57,358 bases of DNA from Klebsormidium nitens (taxonomy: Eukaryota > Plantae > Klebsormidiophyceae): assembly GCA_000708835.1 (NCBI GenBank), contig DF237516.1, positions 1 through 57,358 on the forward strand, written 5' to 3'. This document shows positions 23,079-46,517 of this stretch, one piece after another. Each line of letters opens with the position of its first letter. Position 1 is the first letter of the stretch. Below the pieces are notes generated by a model. That model was not told the origin of the DNA and searched no databases. It worked only from the letters and a program-made list of their open reading frames with translations. The position numbers were made by a program, and so were the translations under genes.

Positions 23079-25171
23079 GATGAGGCTGCTATCGGATGAC
23101 CAGAGTCCTCAAGAAGGGTCGACAACTTGTAATTTCACAGCATTGAGAGTGGGATTGATCGAGACCAATCAGCTCAAATGACGTTCCTCCCTCATGTATC
23201 AGTACAATCAAGCGTGTGCTGCCTTCTTCATTTCTATGAAGGAGCTCGTTGAAAGGAAAGTTTTGTGGGGCAGGATCTTTTCTTTCAACTGTTGATTGCT
23301 CCTACACATTCTGAGCGCCACTTTGAGCCAAAACTTTACTGCAGAAGTCCTGCTTCTTCGTCACAATCCTGGATCAGCGAAAGCATAAAGACATTCAGTA
23401 CGTGCCCACCTATCCATTAGAAGGTAGGCAGAATGCTGCAGACCAACGTTTGCAGACCACATGATCACAGGTTGGAGTCAAGCAGGACTCAGCAGGACTC
23501 TGCTATTAGAGCTTCGTGTTTCAGCCAATCAGAGTGCACGATTCTTCAAAAGATTCTGGAATCTGATAAACCAATCAGGTGCCCCCAGACGCTTCGTAAG
23601 CGATGTGAGATGCATACGCGATGAGAACCGGTTTGCGAAGACCCGTACACAAATCCGGGTCAGGAAACCTGGTCAGCACCTTATCCAAATCAGAAGGTTC
23701 CAAAATATCCAATCACTGAATCAGTCTTGTGCGAAAGAGGAGCTGCAGGGCGCTGCATTTAGCTGCAGTCCTTCCATTTCTTCATCAAAGGGCAGGGAGG
23801 AGGAGCTGCAAAGCACAAGTGAGGAACATCCTCCGTCTCCTAGTTTCCGTGCCTCTTCAGCTTACATGCTGGCCTTTTTGGATTCCCTTTTGGTGTCTTC
23901 AATTTGCTCAGCTGTTGCCATGAGATGAAAGTTCAGTACAGTGCAGGTATGTGCTGAAATTTATGCGCTCCTGCTGCAATGTGGCCAGGTCGAGGTTGCT
24001 CTTTGATAATCATCTGCAGTGTGCTCTGTACTGGATGAGTTCGACCATCAATTGCACATGGTTTGACGCCTAGGGCTTGTGAAACTGGAATATGCTCTCA
24101 AGAAGCAGCGACAATTTTTCACACCGTTGCGGGTTTCTTGGTGTTGGCTCCCAATGGGTGTCGGCATTACTCGTTCAGCATGCTCGTTGGATTGGTCTTC
24201 TGGTGAAAGCAAGCAAGACAATTGTAAGAGGAACAGTGCCTTTTGTTAGTTTGGTGCAAGACCGCATGTACAAAACGTGCCAGCGGATTTGATGCTTCTG
24301 CAATTCCTGCAATTTGTGATTCTATCACACACAATTGGCGGAATCCAATGCAAGCACAATGCATGCACCCAATCTGAGAAATGTCCTCAAACAATAATCG
24401 ATATTTTGACTAATGACGGCTGAACTCAGGCTTTGTCAATAATTGGATTTTATCCGTGTCTGAATGTTTCGTTTGGCAATTATAGATTGCCGAAGTCGTA
24501 GGCTGAGAGGCCCGTTCTGCTCTGCGTAGCGACCATTTCCAGGCCTCTTCAGATTTTTTGAAATGCAAATGGAGGATACAGAGACCATGTTTTAATCACA
24601 ATTTCCGAAAGGCGTTCCTGAAGGAGGGCATCGCACAAGCAGCACGCAGTGCCTCACTAAGACCGGCATTTTTCTTGGCTACCAACAACAAGAATGCTCG
24701 TCTTAGTGGTGAAGGAGAGTCCTGCCCCATTCACGAAGTTTGATGATATGACTGGTTGTGCCAGGCATAAGTAAGAGCTGCTTACGCTTGCAGGTTGAAA
24801 GAAGCGCTGTACATAGGAAACATTATGGCGTCTGCAACCGCACTCTCTCAAACGGGGTCCCTCCTCAGGTGAGCTTGCTGCTTGCCTCTCACCAATTCTT
24901 GCTTCTGTTAAAGGACGATTTGACATGTATCCCAAGGCAGACTTAATGTCAACCAGTGTCGCCTTGATAGGAATATTGATGTCCTCTCAATGCAATAGCC
25001 TCAAGGGTGGATATAGCAAGCGCTTGGAGGCCTGCAAAAGTTGACACAGAGGGCTCCGCTTACAAGTTGCAGGAAGCACCGATCTCTGTTGATTTAGAGC
25101 AGATGAGAGAGGGGAGGTTTAATTGATGTGAGTCTTGGAAGCCCCTTCTGTCATACTAAGTTGAAAATCGA

Positions 25172-25180
25172 AAACCCTAA
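25172..25180 (+). promoter_or_regulatory. Telo-box (AAACCCTAA)
   Basis: Exact plant telo-box ~290 bp upstream of the membrane-protein ORF. Motif match only. Confidence 0.3.
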
Positions 25181-25456
25181 TTTCGGGAGGGCAACTCATA
25201 AAACCAGTCTACAAGGGACGGTCGACATCTGGACGCTTAGGTGCCAACTGGTCGACATGCACCTTGGAAAACCATTAGCCTCGAAGATACTTTTGGGATT
25301 ATGACGTAGGGCCTAAACGGCGGCTATAATGCCTGCAATTCAAAGAGCTCTTCTCCCATACCGCTCAATACCTACATATCTTCCATAACCTTCACCTATA
25401 GTCAGGCTCATAGCCTGTGTTGATCTCCATTCACTTCTGGCTGATACGGCGTCACT

Positions 25457-27120
25457 GTGCATCAAGTGCTCCCAAACTTTCAACTTAGATCTTCTCCCGT
25501 CCGCCGCAGGGCCAATCTCTGCAGAGCCCAGGCTTCTCCCCGCCCCTCCCTCCGCTCCTCTTTCCTGCCCACCCTTCCTAAAGCACGCAGCAGCCATCAA
25601 CGCAAGCCCCAGCGAAACGTGGTCACCTGCGGGCTTGAAGGGGGCAACCTCTTCCTAGAGCTTATTGGCAGCGTGGCAGCAGGCGCAGTGGTCGCAGGCG
25701 TGACCATTGCGACAAGCGAGAACCGGGAGGCAGAGTTTGAGAGGGTCAAGACGGTTGAGGGGGCTATCCCACTTGCGGCGGCGGTTGGAGCGGATGCCGT
25801 GGCGCACAGCCTGCCAGGACTGAATGTCCTCCTGAGTCTGCTTAGCGAGCCAGCTGGTGAGAATTACAGGCTTCCTTCTTGTCTTTCTTTGGAGGACAAG
25901 TTTTGGGGGTCCCAGAGCCTAATGGCATATTTTGAATTGCAGGGTTCACATCAGCCTTGGACTCCGGTGTGAGAGAGCTTTTGTCGGCCCTCGTCGATCA
26001 ACACTTTTCCCCCTGGTGCCTATGTGGGTTCCGAGTAGGTGGTCAGATGAAGGAAGGGGCAACCTTGGATGTCACCTGTTTTCCCTGTTTCGCGGTTTGT
26101 GATCCCAGCTCGTGTATCTACGAAAGAACCGGCAACATGTACCTCGATCATATTCTGACGGAAAATTGGTCTAAGTATGAGAGGACGAGGACATCCCTCT
26201 GGAACCTGGACTCCGTGCTTTCTTTGGCAGTACTTCCTGTTGGGAACCTCGAAGACCTTCGAATACCTGGTGTCCACTCATGTCACTGTTCGGAAGTGGT
26301 TCGGACCTCCCCCACACTGAGAACGTTCATGCCCCGGATTGCAACATCCATCATTCCAATACTGATTGCTGAGATTTCCAAACGGGCCTGCCTGGACAGC
26401 TCGTTATCAAAGGGATTGTCAACCAGCTCTTCGTACGAACTCGTAGCTGAGCGGTATCAAGCAATTTCTGCTGGCGCTTGTGTAAGAATCCATCTTATTT
26501 CTCTAGGAGTATCAATGCAAAGCTTCAGGCTAAAGTCTCCGGTTTTCTTAAGCAACCTCAGACTCAGAGCCCTTCCCCGCGACGATCTAATGACGGTTTA
26601 CTGAAGTTATGGTTTGCGAACGAGGCGAAGCCTTCTAGAGTTCGGGAACTAAAGCCCAGAGTTGGAAGCCAATTTGAGCGTTCCTAGAGCCAAGCGTCTC
26701 GCCGGTGCCTTCCTCGCAGGTGCTGCGGCCGGCGTCGCATACCTGATGTCCATTGTCCTGAGCTCTCCTTCCGTGGACCCCAAGACGCTAGCTCCCGAAG
26801 GTACCGTCCTCGACGCCAAGAAGGCTGCCGACATCCGTGGAGCGGTGCGGGTGCCGTTCACCCGCATTGGGCCGACCACGCTCAGCGTGATTGACTATGA
26901 GAACGAGGGAAGTTCCGGGAAGGGATGGAGCCAGGATGGGCTTCCCAAGCTGCCCATTACCAGTGTTGCGATCGTGCTTGGTGTTGGAGGTGTGCTTTTG
27001 GAGTTGATCTCGCACGCTCCGGTCCTGGGTATATTTATGCCACGGGTGTTGCAGATTGCGGGGTGGCTTGCACTTCTAGGAGCTGTACTTGACAAGAGGG
27101 AGGACTCAGTAAAGGCCTGA
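25457..27120 (+). CDS. Uncharacterised multi-pass membrane protein with transit-peptide-like N-terminus (start codon unresolved)
   Basis: Exon ending 25856 (G|GTGAG) joins exon 26720-27120 (CAG|GT) in phase 1. Ser/Arg-rich N-terminus ending VVTC, followed by several hydrophobic segments. There is no in-frame ATG in the first ORF; a likely acceptor at 25509 implies an upstream exon. Confidence 0.65.
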
Positions 27121-28192
27121 TGTCTTCGGTGGCCTATGTGGGAATGCTTAATTTTAGGCGGGAAGAAGAGGACTTACGTACAGAGGTTGCAAAGGGCAGC
27201 TTCCTTGTCTGAGGTCGAAGGAGTGGGGTCAAGTTGCCTTTAGGCTTGCTTTTGCAAGGTTTTTCCTAGTACGCCCGTCAAAGCTTGTGCAAACAACGAA
27301 TTGCGCTTTTGACCTTTGGGCCGCCACTAATCATGATGTGTTTGAACATGAAACTTGGAGCTTACGATTTCGAAGCGTGCAGTAAAGTCGTCCGTCGCAT
27401 CTGTTTGTAAGTTGATGAATGCATGCACAATAGGGCGAAATCACCTACCAAACTCTCGAGATGGTCAGAAGACCCGCAACTGGGGACCCCTTTTGGCCCG
27501 CGTTCTGCTCTGTTTAGTTAGTACTTAGAGGTGTGTCGGAGGCAGTTGTGCGGTCGGTGCGGTCGGGCAGCTTGAGTTCATGGACATGCATCGACCAAGT
27601 ATACTACCAGGTTATTTATGCTCGTCAAAAGGCAACGTAATCAAGGAAGTGTCTTTGTAACAGTTTCCGATCGTCGCCATGATGAGCATGGCCGGCCTAC
27701 TGCAATCATGAGCGAGAGGCAATTGCCCAATGGCTTGCATGTGGCTCGATCAAGACACAATGTACAGGAAGTGACTAGTATAAAAGATTAATTCATGTTC
27801 GTACACCGAGCCTGCTTACAATTTCTTAGCTCATGCAAGTGCACCAGGGTCCAAACATATTTGTACAACGAACATTAAGCATGCTCGAAGACATCGTGAT
27901 AGTACAACTCATCATGAGACATGAAGTGTCCTGATGATGAAATGCTCTGAGCCAAATCCCTTTCGGATGATTTCTGTTTCGTGCAAGATGCTGAGGTCTT
28001 GTCTGTATTCTTGTATTTTTGCCTAAACTCATACGCTGACGGCATGGCCGGATATGACATGGTCTCTAGCTGGCACAGTATACGTTCGGTATCATAGCTT
28101 CAATCAGCGCCTTCGATCACATGATAACATCATATATCATCACCCTTCAGCATACCTAAATTGCATCCATTCGTGGGAGAGCGGCACTGCAT

Positions 28193-28412
28193 CAGCGTTC
28201 GACACGAAGTTTTGATTTCGTCGGCTCCCAGGCCGACTGTTCCCCGGCCCCTCGGCTGGAGACTTGAACCGGTCGGCTTGTCTCACTCAGACACCCCAAA
28301 AAGACCCCGTTTCTGTCGGCTTTTCGGCCGACGCCCCTCGGTTGAGTCGGCGGCCGAGAGGCAATTCCGTCGGCTGACGTTTGCCTGGTGTGACGGCTCG
28401 TGTCGAACACTG
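28193..28412. mobile_element. hAT-family MITE upstream of MCM9
   Basis: 15-bp TIR CAGYGTTCGACACGA with one mismatch; perfect 8-bp TSD CACTGCAT (28185-28192, 28413-28420). Confidence 0.85.
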
Positions 28413-28549
28413 CACTGCATGCCGCAGTGCAGGCCACTGCGAGGCAGGCAGCTACTGCCGGCGCGCGCGCAGCCAGGCGATCGAAATTGCGAGTCGCGAC
28501 ACCTTCTGCCACGTGGAAACACTTGATTCGATCCATATGCTACGGCTTC

Positions 28550-28557
28550 GCGCCAAA
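28550..28557 (-). promoter_or_regulatory. E2F site (TTTGGCGC) upstream of MCM9
   Basis: Matches TTTSSCGC ~250 bp upstream of the ATG; MCM genes are established E2F targets. Motif match only. Confidence 0.4.
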
Positions 28558-28805
28558 TCTTCAAAGCGTCGTCCACCTCGGGCTGGCCTTGCTGGATTGC
28601 CACTACTACTAGGATTGCTAGCTCAGGATTCCGAGTCAGGGCCATGATCATTCAATCTGCAGTTGCACATCTGCATCGAGAAAAGCTTGCGCGTTTAGAA
28701 ACATTTGGCAATCAGCCTTGTCCATTGCAAGATGGCATGGTCACTGTCGGAGAAATGAAAGTACAGCGTGCGTGACTTGAAAGGCAAAAGCTTTCACGGA
28801 GGAAC

Positions 28806-39599
<10,794 letters not shown>

Positions 39600-41226
39600 T
39601 TTGACTTTTCGGGGGGGTCGGAGTCTCCCGTAGGAACGGAGCTGCCGGTGTGTCTGTCCCCCCTGGCAAGGAGAACGAGCGCCTCGCTGGCGGGGGCGGG
39701 GAGCGGCCACGTGGGCGCGGCGGGCGGCGGACACGTGGCAGCCGAAGACGGGGCGGGGCCGAGTGGCGACGTGGCTGTGAAAGGGAAGAAGTGCGCAGGA
39801 AGGGGTTCGTTGTCTGGGGGTTCTTCGGGGGAAGACGTTTCGCAAGCTTTTGGGGGTTTTGAAAGGAGAATTTCCGAAAGGGGAGCTGAAAATGCAGCCC
39901 TTGAAAGAGAGCCTGTTTCGGAAGCAACAGGAGAGCATGCAGGTAAATGCGACAGGCCAGAAGGCGCATCGGATCGTCGAACAGACGGGACCGGACGGGG
40001 GCATGACGATTTTGCGGGTCAGGGGTTGGAAACTGTTCGGGCAGACCGTGGGGTTAACGTAACTGGCCAGCACGACGCAAACGGATTGACGATTGAACCG
40101 GGAAGGGAGCCTCCATCAAGTGAGGAAGCTCAAGAGTCTTCAGGGCCGGCGCGTCCTTTGAGCGCGACTTCGCGGTTTGGCTCCAGCGAGACGAGTGCGC
40201 TGATTAGGACGTTGACACAACGACTAGCTAGGCCGTCCCAAAAAGCCTCCGATCCAGCGAACGGTGTCAGACCGCCCTGTCCGGAGCCCCAGCTGCGGGC
40301 TCCCTCTAACCAAGGCGGATTAGAAAGTAACCCAGTGGCGCCATTGGCCGATAGGGCTGTGAATGCAGCAAGCGGGCCAAAGGCTCAAGCGGGAGGTTTA
40401 GGCATGCTTCGAAAGAGGTTACAGGGCAGGCGGAGTGCTGAGGAGTCAGAAGATGCGAATTGGCTGTCGGACGAGCAGTGGGGAATAAGTTCTCCGGGCG
40501 CCAAACGGGCGAGGAACACTTGACTGTTGCTGGTTCGTTCTAACTGACAAAAGAGGCAGCACGTGCGGTATTTTAGCAATATGGGGAGATCTGCTAAAGT
40601 CACGTGTGCTCATACTGCTTTCTTTGCTGATCAACGGTCTGGCAATATTCTCATCTATTGACCGAGATAGTATGTCAAATGAAAATGTCCTGGGCGCCCA
40701 CTTGAAGATCGCCTTGCGCCATGCTCATTGACCTTCCAGTTAGCGCTTTTGGCCGTCTTCACACCGTGCGTTCCCGGTGGTCGATCGTCATGCAAAACGC
40801 GCGGGCAACATTATGGCACAACCAGGTCATGAGTCCGTCATAGATGAGTCCGGACTGTGATCCACAATTGTTTGGGATTATACCAGCGTGAATCGTTCTG
40901 AAGGCTGGCAACATAAGCCATGTAGGCTTGCATGAGTACCCTTCGTAAGTTTACTGGCCAGGACGGTACGTAGTATATATTATGCATTCGTGCCGTCACT
41001 GCATGCACCATGAGCCGCATCGATCAGTCACATGGCACCAGTTCGCATGCGGCATGTTGATCGGATGCAATGATGCAAGCCTAGTCGTACTTAGAATAGG
41101 TATCTACGCCGGACTCAGTCCACCCTACACTGCATTTGACCTAGCTACCGCGCCCTTAACGATCCAATGACACCAAACCGGCCAAAGCCTGGCCAACAAT
41201 TGGATCGATGGGCCAAATCCAATGGG

Positions 41227-41365
41227 TTTACCATGCACTCTGCATAATTCGCAAATAATTCGGACCTCACCAGATCATGCAAACCAAATTCCGCCAATTG
41301 GAAACGTTTACCATGCACTCCGACTGCATATTCCGCAAAATACTTGGATCTCGCCAGATCATTAA
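41227..41365. repeat. Tandem duplication, 80-bp period
   Basis: TTTACCATGCACTC at 41227 and 41307, each followed by similar CTGCATA..CGCAAA..CCAGATCAT. Confidence 0.75.
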
Positions 41366-42075
41366 ATCCATCAACGATATCGTTAGTTGAGATGGTCAGG
41401 CCTTCTGTTAAGTTTTCGCTGTCAATAAAGTTACTATGCAGGAGATCGATCGTCGGAGATTGCATAGCAGTTGTACATGCTCGTTAAGAACGCAGCGGTG
41501 CAATGATGGAGTAACATCCTGCGCATGCGCGCGTTTGTGCAGCACCATACGGTGGTGGACCCATCTCGGCTCCTTGCAAGGTTGCCTTGATATATACTGG
41601 GTAAAACCATTACGATGACTCCCTTTTCTGCCCGGCGACCGCCTTGATTGATCCAAGCATCAGAACCATCCAATCGCCAAACCGCGACTTAGCTTTGCAG
41701 CAGACGCGTGCTTAGTTATACGTTGAAGTGTCACTTGTCGCTGCAATTCTTCCTTGCTTGACGTTCCCCGTCTAGACATTGGCCAAAAATGGGAGTTACA
41801 GGTAAGGTACATACAGAAATACTGAGTACCACTAGGCTAACAGATTACGCTTCCTCTTGCTGGAAGATTGAATGTTGACTGCGCGGCACAACCTTGACGT
41901 TTCCGGTACGCCCAGCCATCTGCAGCGGAACAGACCCGGAGCTGGCCGCCTAATGTGCCAAATGGGCAGCTCGGCACGCCAGTAATAGCTGTACTGAAAG
42001 TAAACGCCCCCCTCTCAAAGTTAACACGCCACTATACAAAAAGATGTACGAATCATAGAGACCGGAGTTCACGGA

Positions 42076-45000
42076 TCAAGCCGCCTTTGGCCGCAACTCC
42101 TTGGGGTCCTTGTCCTTGGCAGGGTTGTTTTGCCACAAGTTGAAGTTGAGTGCGCCAGCGAAGGTGACCCTGCGGGGAAACAAGCAGAATGTGAGCCATT
42201 GGAAAGATCCACATGACACACTATATTAGCCTTTTCTTCGATTTCAGTGCATGCGGACGCTTCGCACGCGCTTCAGAAGTTAGAAGGTCGTTCGTATCCC
42301 GCTGCTAAGGAAGTGAGCCGTCGCAGCGTCTTTGACGAGGTCGCAGTTTTATGCGTCAACACAAAGAAAAACCCTATCTCCAAAATGCCAAGAAAAGGAA
42401 CCAAAGCAAAGCTAGAAAGCTTTCAAATGTATGACGTTTTAAACTTCTTATAATAAAAGCTATAAAAGAACGCATACTATAATTCGAATTGGAAAAAACT
42501 CTAACTGCGTTTGACTTGCTGAGAGAAGTGACTTTAGAGGGCTGCCATCCTCTACTGGGTAGCAAACCAAAGAATCTCTTTTTTGATTTGGATAATGTAT
42601 GCTCACAGAGCCTAGCCAGGGGTACCAAACGATAGTACTAGCCCCCTCCGAAAACTATAAAGCGTTTTTGGATGATCACTGATCACCATATGGTTGTAGG
42701 CAATAATCGTACACGAAAGCGGTACAGAGAGTGGAAAATACGTTATAGTCTTCCGCAGCTCTTGCTTAATTCGGGTTGAGCATCTTCGACCGTTCTCTCG
42801 AAGGAAAACGTCGTAGCTACAATCTTGATCCGGATAACAAGTGTAAAATCTTCAAAGGTAAAGTTACCTGTCAACAGAACGTGTGCCCACAAACGTAAAA
42901 CTTCCACTGTCGTCCACGTTTCCTAAGAATATTCCGCAGGGAGAACCCCCGGGCTTACATCCCTCCAAGCTGCGTATATACGTCCAAAGTGTTGCAGAGA
43001 ACTCTACCTCATGCATCTATTATTACGAAGGTGTAGTCCGATTTAGGGAGACCGCTTGCTTCGGGGTTTTTAAGACCGGACTACTGAGGAATGTGGGAGC
43101 TCACCAGAGGAGATAAGGGATGAGCGCCTTTCCGGCCAGCGTATTGATGGCTGAGAACTTGCCAATGAGAGCGGCAATCGTGCCCCACAGAAGTGCCAGG
43201 TCAATGAAAGCGACACCCTGCACGGAGAAAAGGAACCGACCAGGTAAGTAGAGGCGGGAGACTTGGGAACGGGGCCGATTTTGTTTACCCGGTCGGTTAC
43301 ATTCCACGTGCTACTGATAACCGTCATTTCGTTGGATAACCACTTCACTTACACATAAGCAAATGCTCCACCGAAACATCACGCGCTCCACACTTGAACC
43401 GCCCTCTGACCAACCCAGCTAACCGAACCCATCTCCCAGACGCCCAACCGCTCCTTAAGTGAAAGGGAGATTACTGGAGTGTCAACGGGCATTCAGATCT
43501 GTCGAGAGTAGTTGTTGGTAGCCAGATGGACAATGCAATCAATCCGCAACTGAAACTAGCTTATCTTCCCCTTTTCTAGAATTTGAATACGACGGTTACC
43601 TGGATGCGAAGAGCATTCGGACATAATTGTTCCTAATCTACTCAGAAACAGTTCCGTTGCGATTGAACCAACATTCGTGATCTTCGACCAGATCGGGATC
43701 AGGCGCCTCTAAACTTACCAGTAGCTGCTTGTTGAAAAAGAGCGGTTGCCATAACCAGTTGAGGACCAGCTGCGCTCCATACAACTTCCAAAGACCGGGC
43801 TGCACGCTATACCCTGCGGGTCAAAGCAAGGGTGGTATATGAGTTGGTGTGCAGGTGGGGACGGAGAAAAGGGGACCGCTTTCTAGAGGGTAACCATGAC
43901 TTAAGTATGGAAAGCAGTATCGAGTTCTTCAAAATAAAATCAAGTCGTCAGCTTTTATCTTTTGAAAAGGATACCATAATCTCGTGGATGCAATGCTGTG
44001 TCATGAAGTATTGGGTTCTCCAGAATGCGGTCAAAACGAAATTAATCCATCATGCGACACCAGATGGCTGAAGCTGACGCCCCTGGGCGCATTTGACACG
44101 GAACCAGATGAAACTCGGGCTTCCTTCGTGTAATTTTCGCAGTTTTTAGAGGTTCTCCTAGCTCTGTACAACAAGAGATATATTGCTGATGCCTGCTTAG
44201 GGAGTCGTATGCCAAACCGCTCAAGCGAAGGGCTGATTCAGGACAAAATGGTGGCCCTTCAAATCTCAAAGGGAGACGAAACGGTCAGGAACACAGGAAA
44301 CGAAGGTGAAAGACACGCACTGAATGAATTGGAACCAAATGTGTGGTAAGCGCTTCAATCTTACCTCCAGCGTCCCGATACACCAGCCACGCTGAGTAAC
44401 CAATCAGGAGGTAGATGATTGACCACACATTTCCGAAGAGGGGTGCCTGTCAAAGAAGCATATTATGATGAGCGACGGAGAACGCACGCGGATCATCTCA
44501 GGATATTAGAGTCTTTTCCATTGCCAACGCAATCTGCTATCCATTCTATTAAGAAGTGTCAGACAAGTTCTGAGCTGTTGCTCCATAGGTGCTTGGAGGG
44601 TGAGCGAATCAGAAATGTAATAGAGGAGCTCTGGGGTAGCCCTACATTTGACAACTAGGATCATAAAAGGGTAGGGCTCAACAAGAATGTTCATTTGTTG
44701 GCAGATTGCAACTTTCCAGCTCCACAACGCTTCTTCATGGTAAACCACGTGGAATTGCAAAAGTGGAAAGCTGGGAGCCATGACATTGTTTCCGCAGAAC
44801 GAGGTAAATGGAAGAGACAGAAAACTGCTGGTTTCTTTTCAGGGGGTAGACTTGGCACAGTGTCGAAAGTTGTGGGTTTCACGAGCTGATGACCTTAACA
44901 AGCGAAGCCGTGAACTAAAATTTCGAAGCACAGGAGAAATATAGACTATTCTGCTATTGTTGCAGCACACTTACAGTGGCCTTCGTAATCAGGATTTAAT

Positions 45001-46000
45001 GTGGCACCATTGTAAAAGCAACGTCCAGATGAAAGTATATCAATGCGGGCTTTTTACTACTCACCGGGGGAGCCCATTTCGGCTTCTTGAGGTCGCCATA
45101 AAGCTCTGCCAAGAGGAAAGAACAAGAAGTCATGATAACATTAATGACGTCCAAGATGTCGCATTACCCTGCTCAGACCACCATTGCTTCAGACTTAGGG
45201 TTTGCTCGTATGTGGCAGTGTAGCAGCAGATTGTTGCAAACCATGTAAGAAGGCGACTCTTACAGTAGCAGCTCCTGCTTCAGTTCCCAATCACAAGTCG
45301 CTAGGCTTCTCCAGAGCTGCAATCTTGTTCATGTAGATTGCAGCATTTCCAGTACCCCAAGTACAAGCTCACTGCCTCGGTCCAAACTTGTTTCAATGCT
45401 TAGCTAGTGTCTTTCGTTGCTACAAAAGCTTCACTGCGTGAGCACTCGGCCAGGTTCGCTTGGTTTATATCATAACTTTGAAGAATTCCGGGAAAAATGC
45501 AATGCACCTTATCTCATTGTTACAAAGACTGCTTCCTATGCATCCTGCCTTTTCTCCCCACCTCCTTGACTCCTTGCCCTTTTGGTTGACAGAAGCACAC
45601 TTTCCAATATGTCAAACATGTACTAAAGAGTGATCCACTCACTCAGGTTCGGTGCAGCAATCGCGCTCGCCACCAAGCCCCCCCCAAGAGGCACCGCCAG
45701 GTGAAAGAGCAGCTCCTTGTTCCACGTGACCATGTTTACTCGTGCTGCACTTTCTCCCAAACCTCGTTTCAAGCCCTCCAAGCCCTCTGCTTTCAGACCC
45801 AACCCAATTCCAGAGCCCTTGAACTCACAACCCAGGCGCTTGACGGAAGGAGTTACGTGTGCATGCACCAAAGTACGCTGTTTTGGAGGAGCGCAGAAAG
45901 TCCTAGAAGAAGAAGCAGGGACGGAGCTTTGAGAAGGGCGGCTGGAAGAATGGAGGCTGATTGCGTGCTGACTGAAGGCGCGGCAAGAAACAGACGCCAT
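42076..46000 (-). CDS. TspO/MBR family translocator protein with N-terminal transit-peptide-like extension, 6 exons, ~260 aa
   Basis: Exons 45643-46000, 45065-45105, 44365-44446, 43719-43813, 43105-43217, 42076-42169; phases consistent. Signature LKKPKWAPPAPLFGNVWSIIYLLIGYSAWLVY, LYGAQLVLNWLWQPLFF, LIPYLLWVTFAGALN. Confidence 0.9.
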
Positions 46001-46154
46001 TCTTTGGAATGAATGCAGAGCGCCCCGGAGAGGGGGGTCTTCTGAAAATGCAATACGGCCCGTTGGCGCAGCTGACCTGTGCCGTGATCGGGGACAAGTG
46101 GCGCCCTGAGAAGTCCTTGTGCGGGAAAGCTTCCGGCCAGCTCAGCTCGGAATG

Positions 46155-46163
46155 ACACGTGGC
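46155..46163. promoter_or_regulatory. G-box/ABRE (ACACGTGGC) in the divergent promoter
   Basis: Exact ABRE core ~155 bp upstream of the TspO ATG. CACGTG is frequent elsewhere in the window, so the match may be incidental. Confidence 0.35.
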
Positions 46164-46186
46164 GACCTGCAATTCACTACGGCGCT

Positions 46187-46245
46187 GGCGCGCGCGCAAG
46201 GAATAGAAACGCGCGCGCGCAAGGAAGAGAAACGCGCGCGCGCAA
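46187..46245. repeat. Three ~22-bp CGCG-rich tandem units in the TspO/CCCH divergent promoter
   Basis: GCGCGCGCGCAAGGAATAGAAAC / GCGCGCGCGCAAGGAAGAGAAAC / GCGCGCGCGCAAAG. Confidence 0.75.
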
Positions 46246-46517
46246 AGATACTAAAACCTGAGGCAAACAATTCGCGCGGCCAAATTGGGCGAAGGCGCGG
46301 CCGGGTCCGCGGCCGTGAGCCTCAGCTGGTGTCTACTAGATTTCTTTTAGGAGTTTTCGAGAAAGTTGCTGTTTGTCCTACCGTACTTTGGTCCTCCTTG
46401 GATCGAGGTAGGTACGCTGCTTCCTTCCTGTTTCCTGTCTCTTAGCTTCTTCTTCTCAAGCAGCGTGCTGCTCGACTCGAACCGCCGGCGGTGGATTCAA
46501 AACGTTTGTCCGCAAGC

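Noticed and set aside
23100-24950. ORF fragments between GH13 and the membrane-protein gene
   Set aside because: Interrupted by stops with no identifiable domain; cannot support a pseudogene call.
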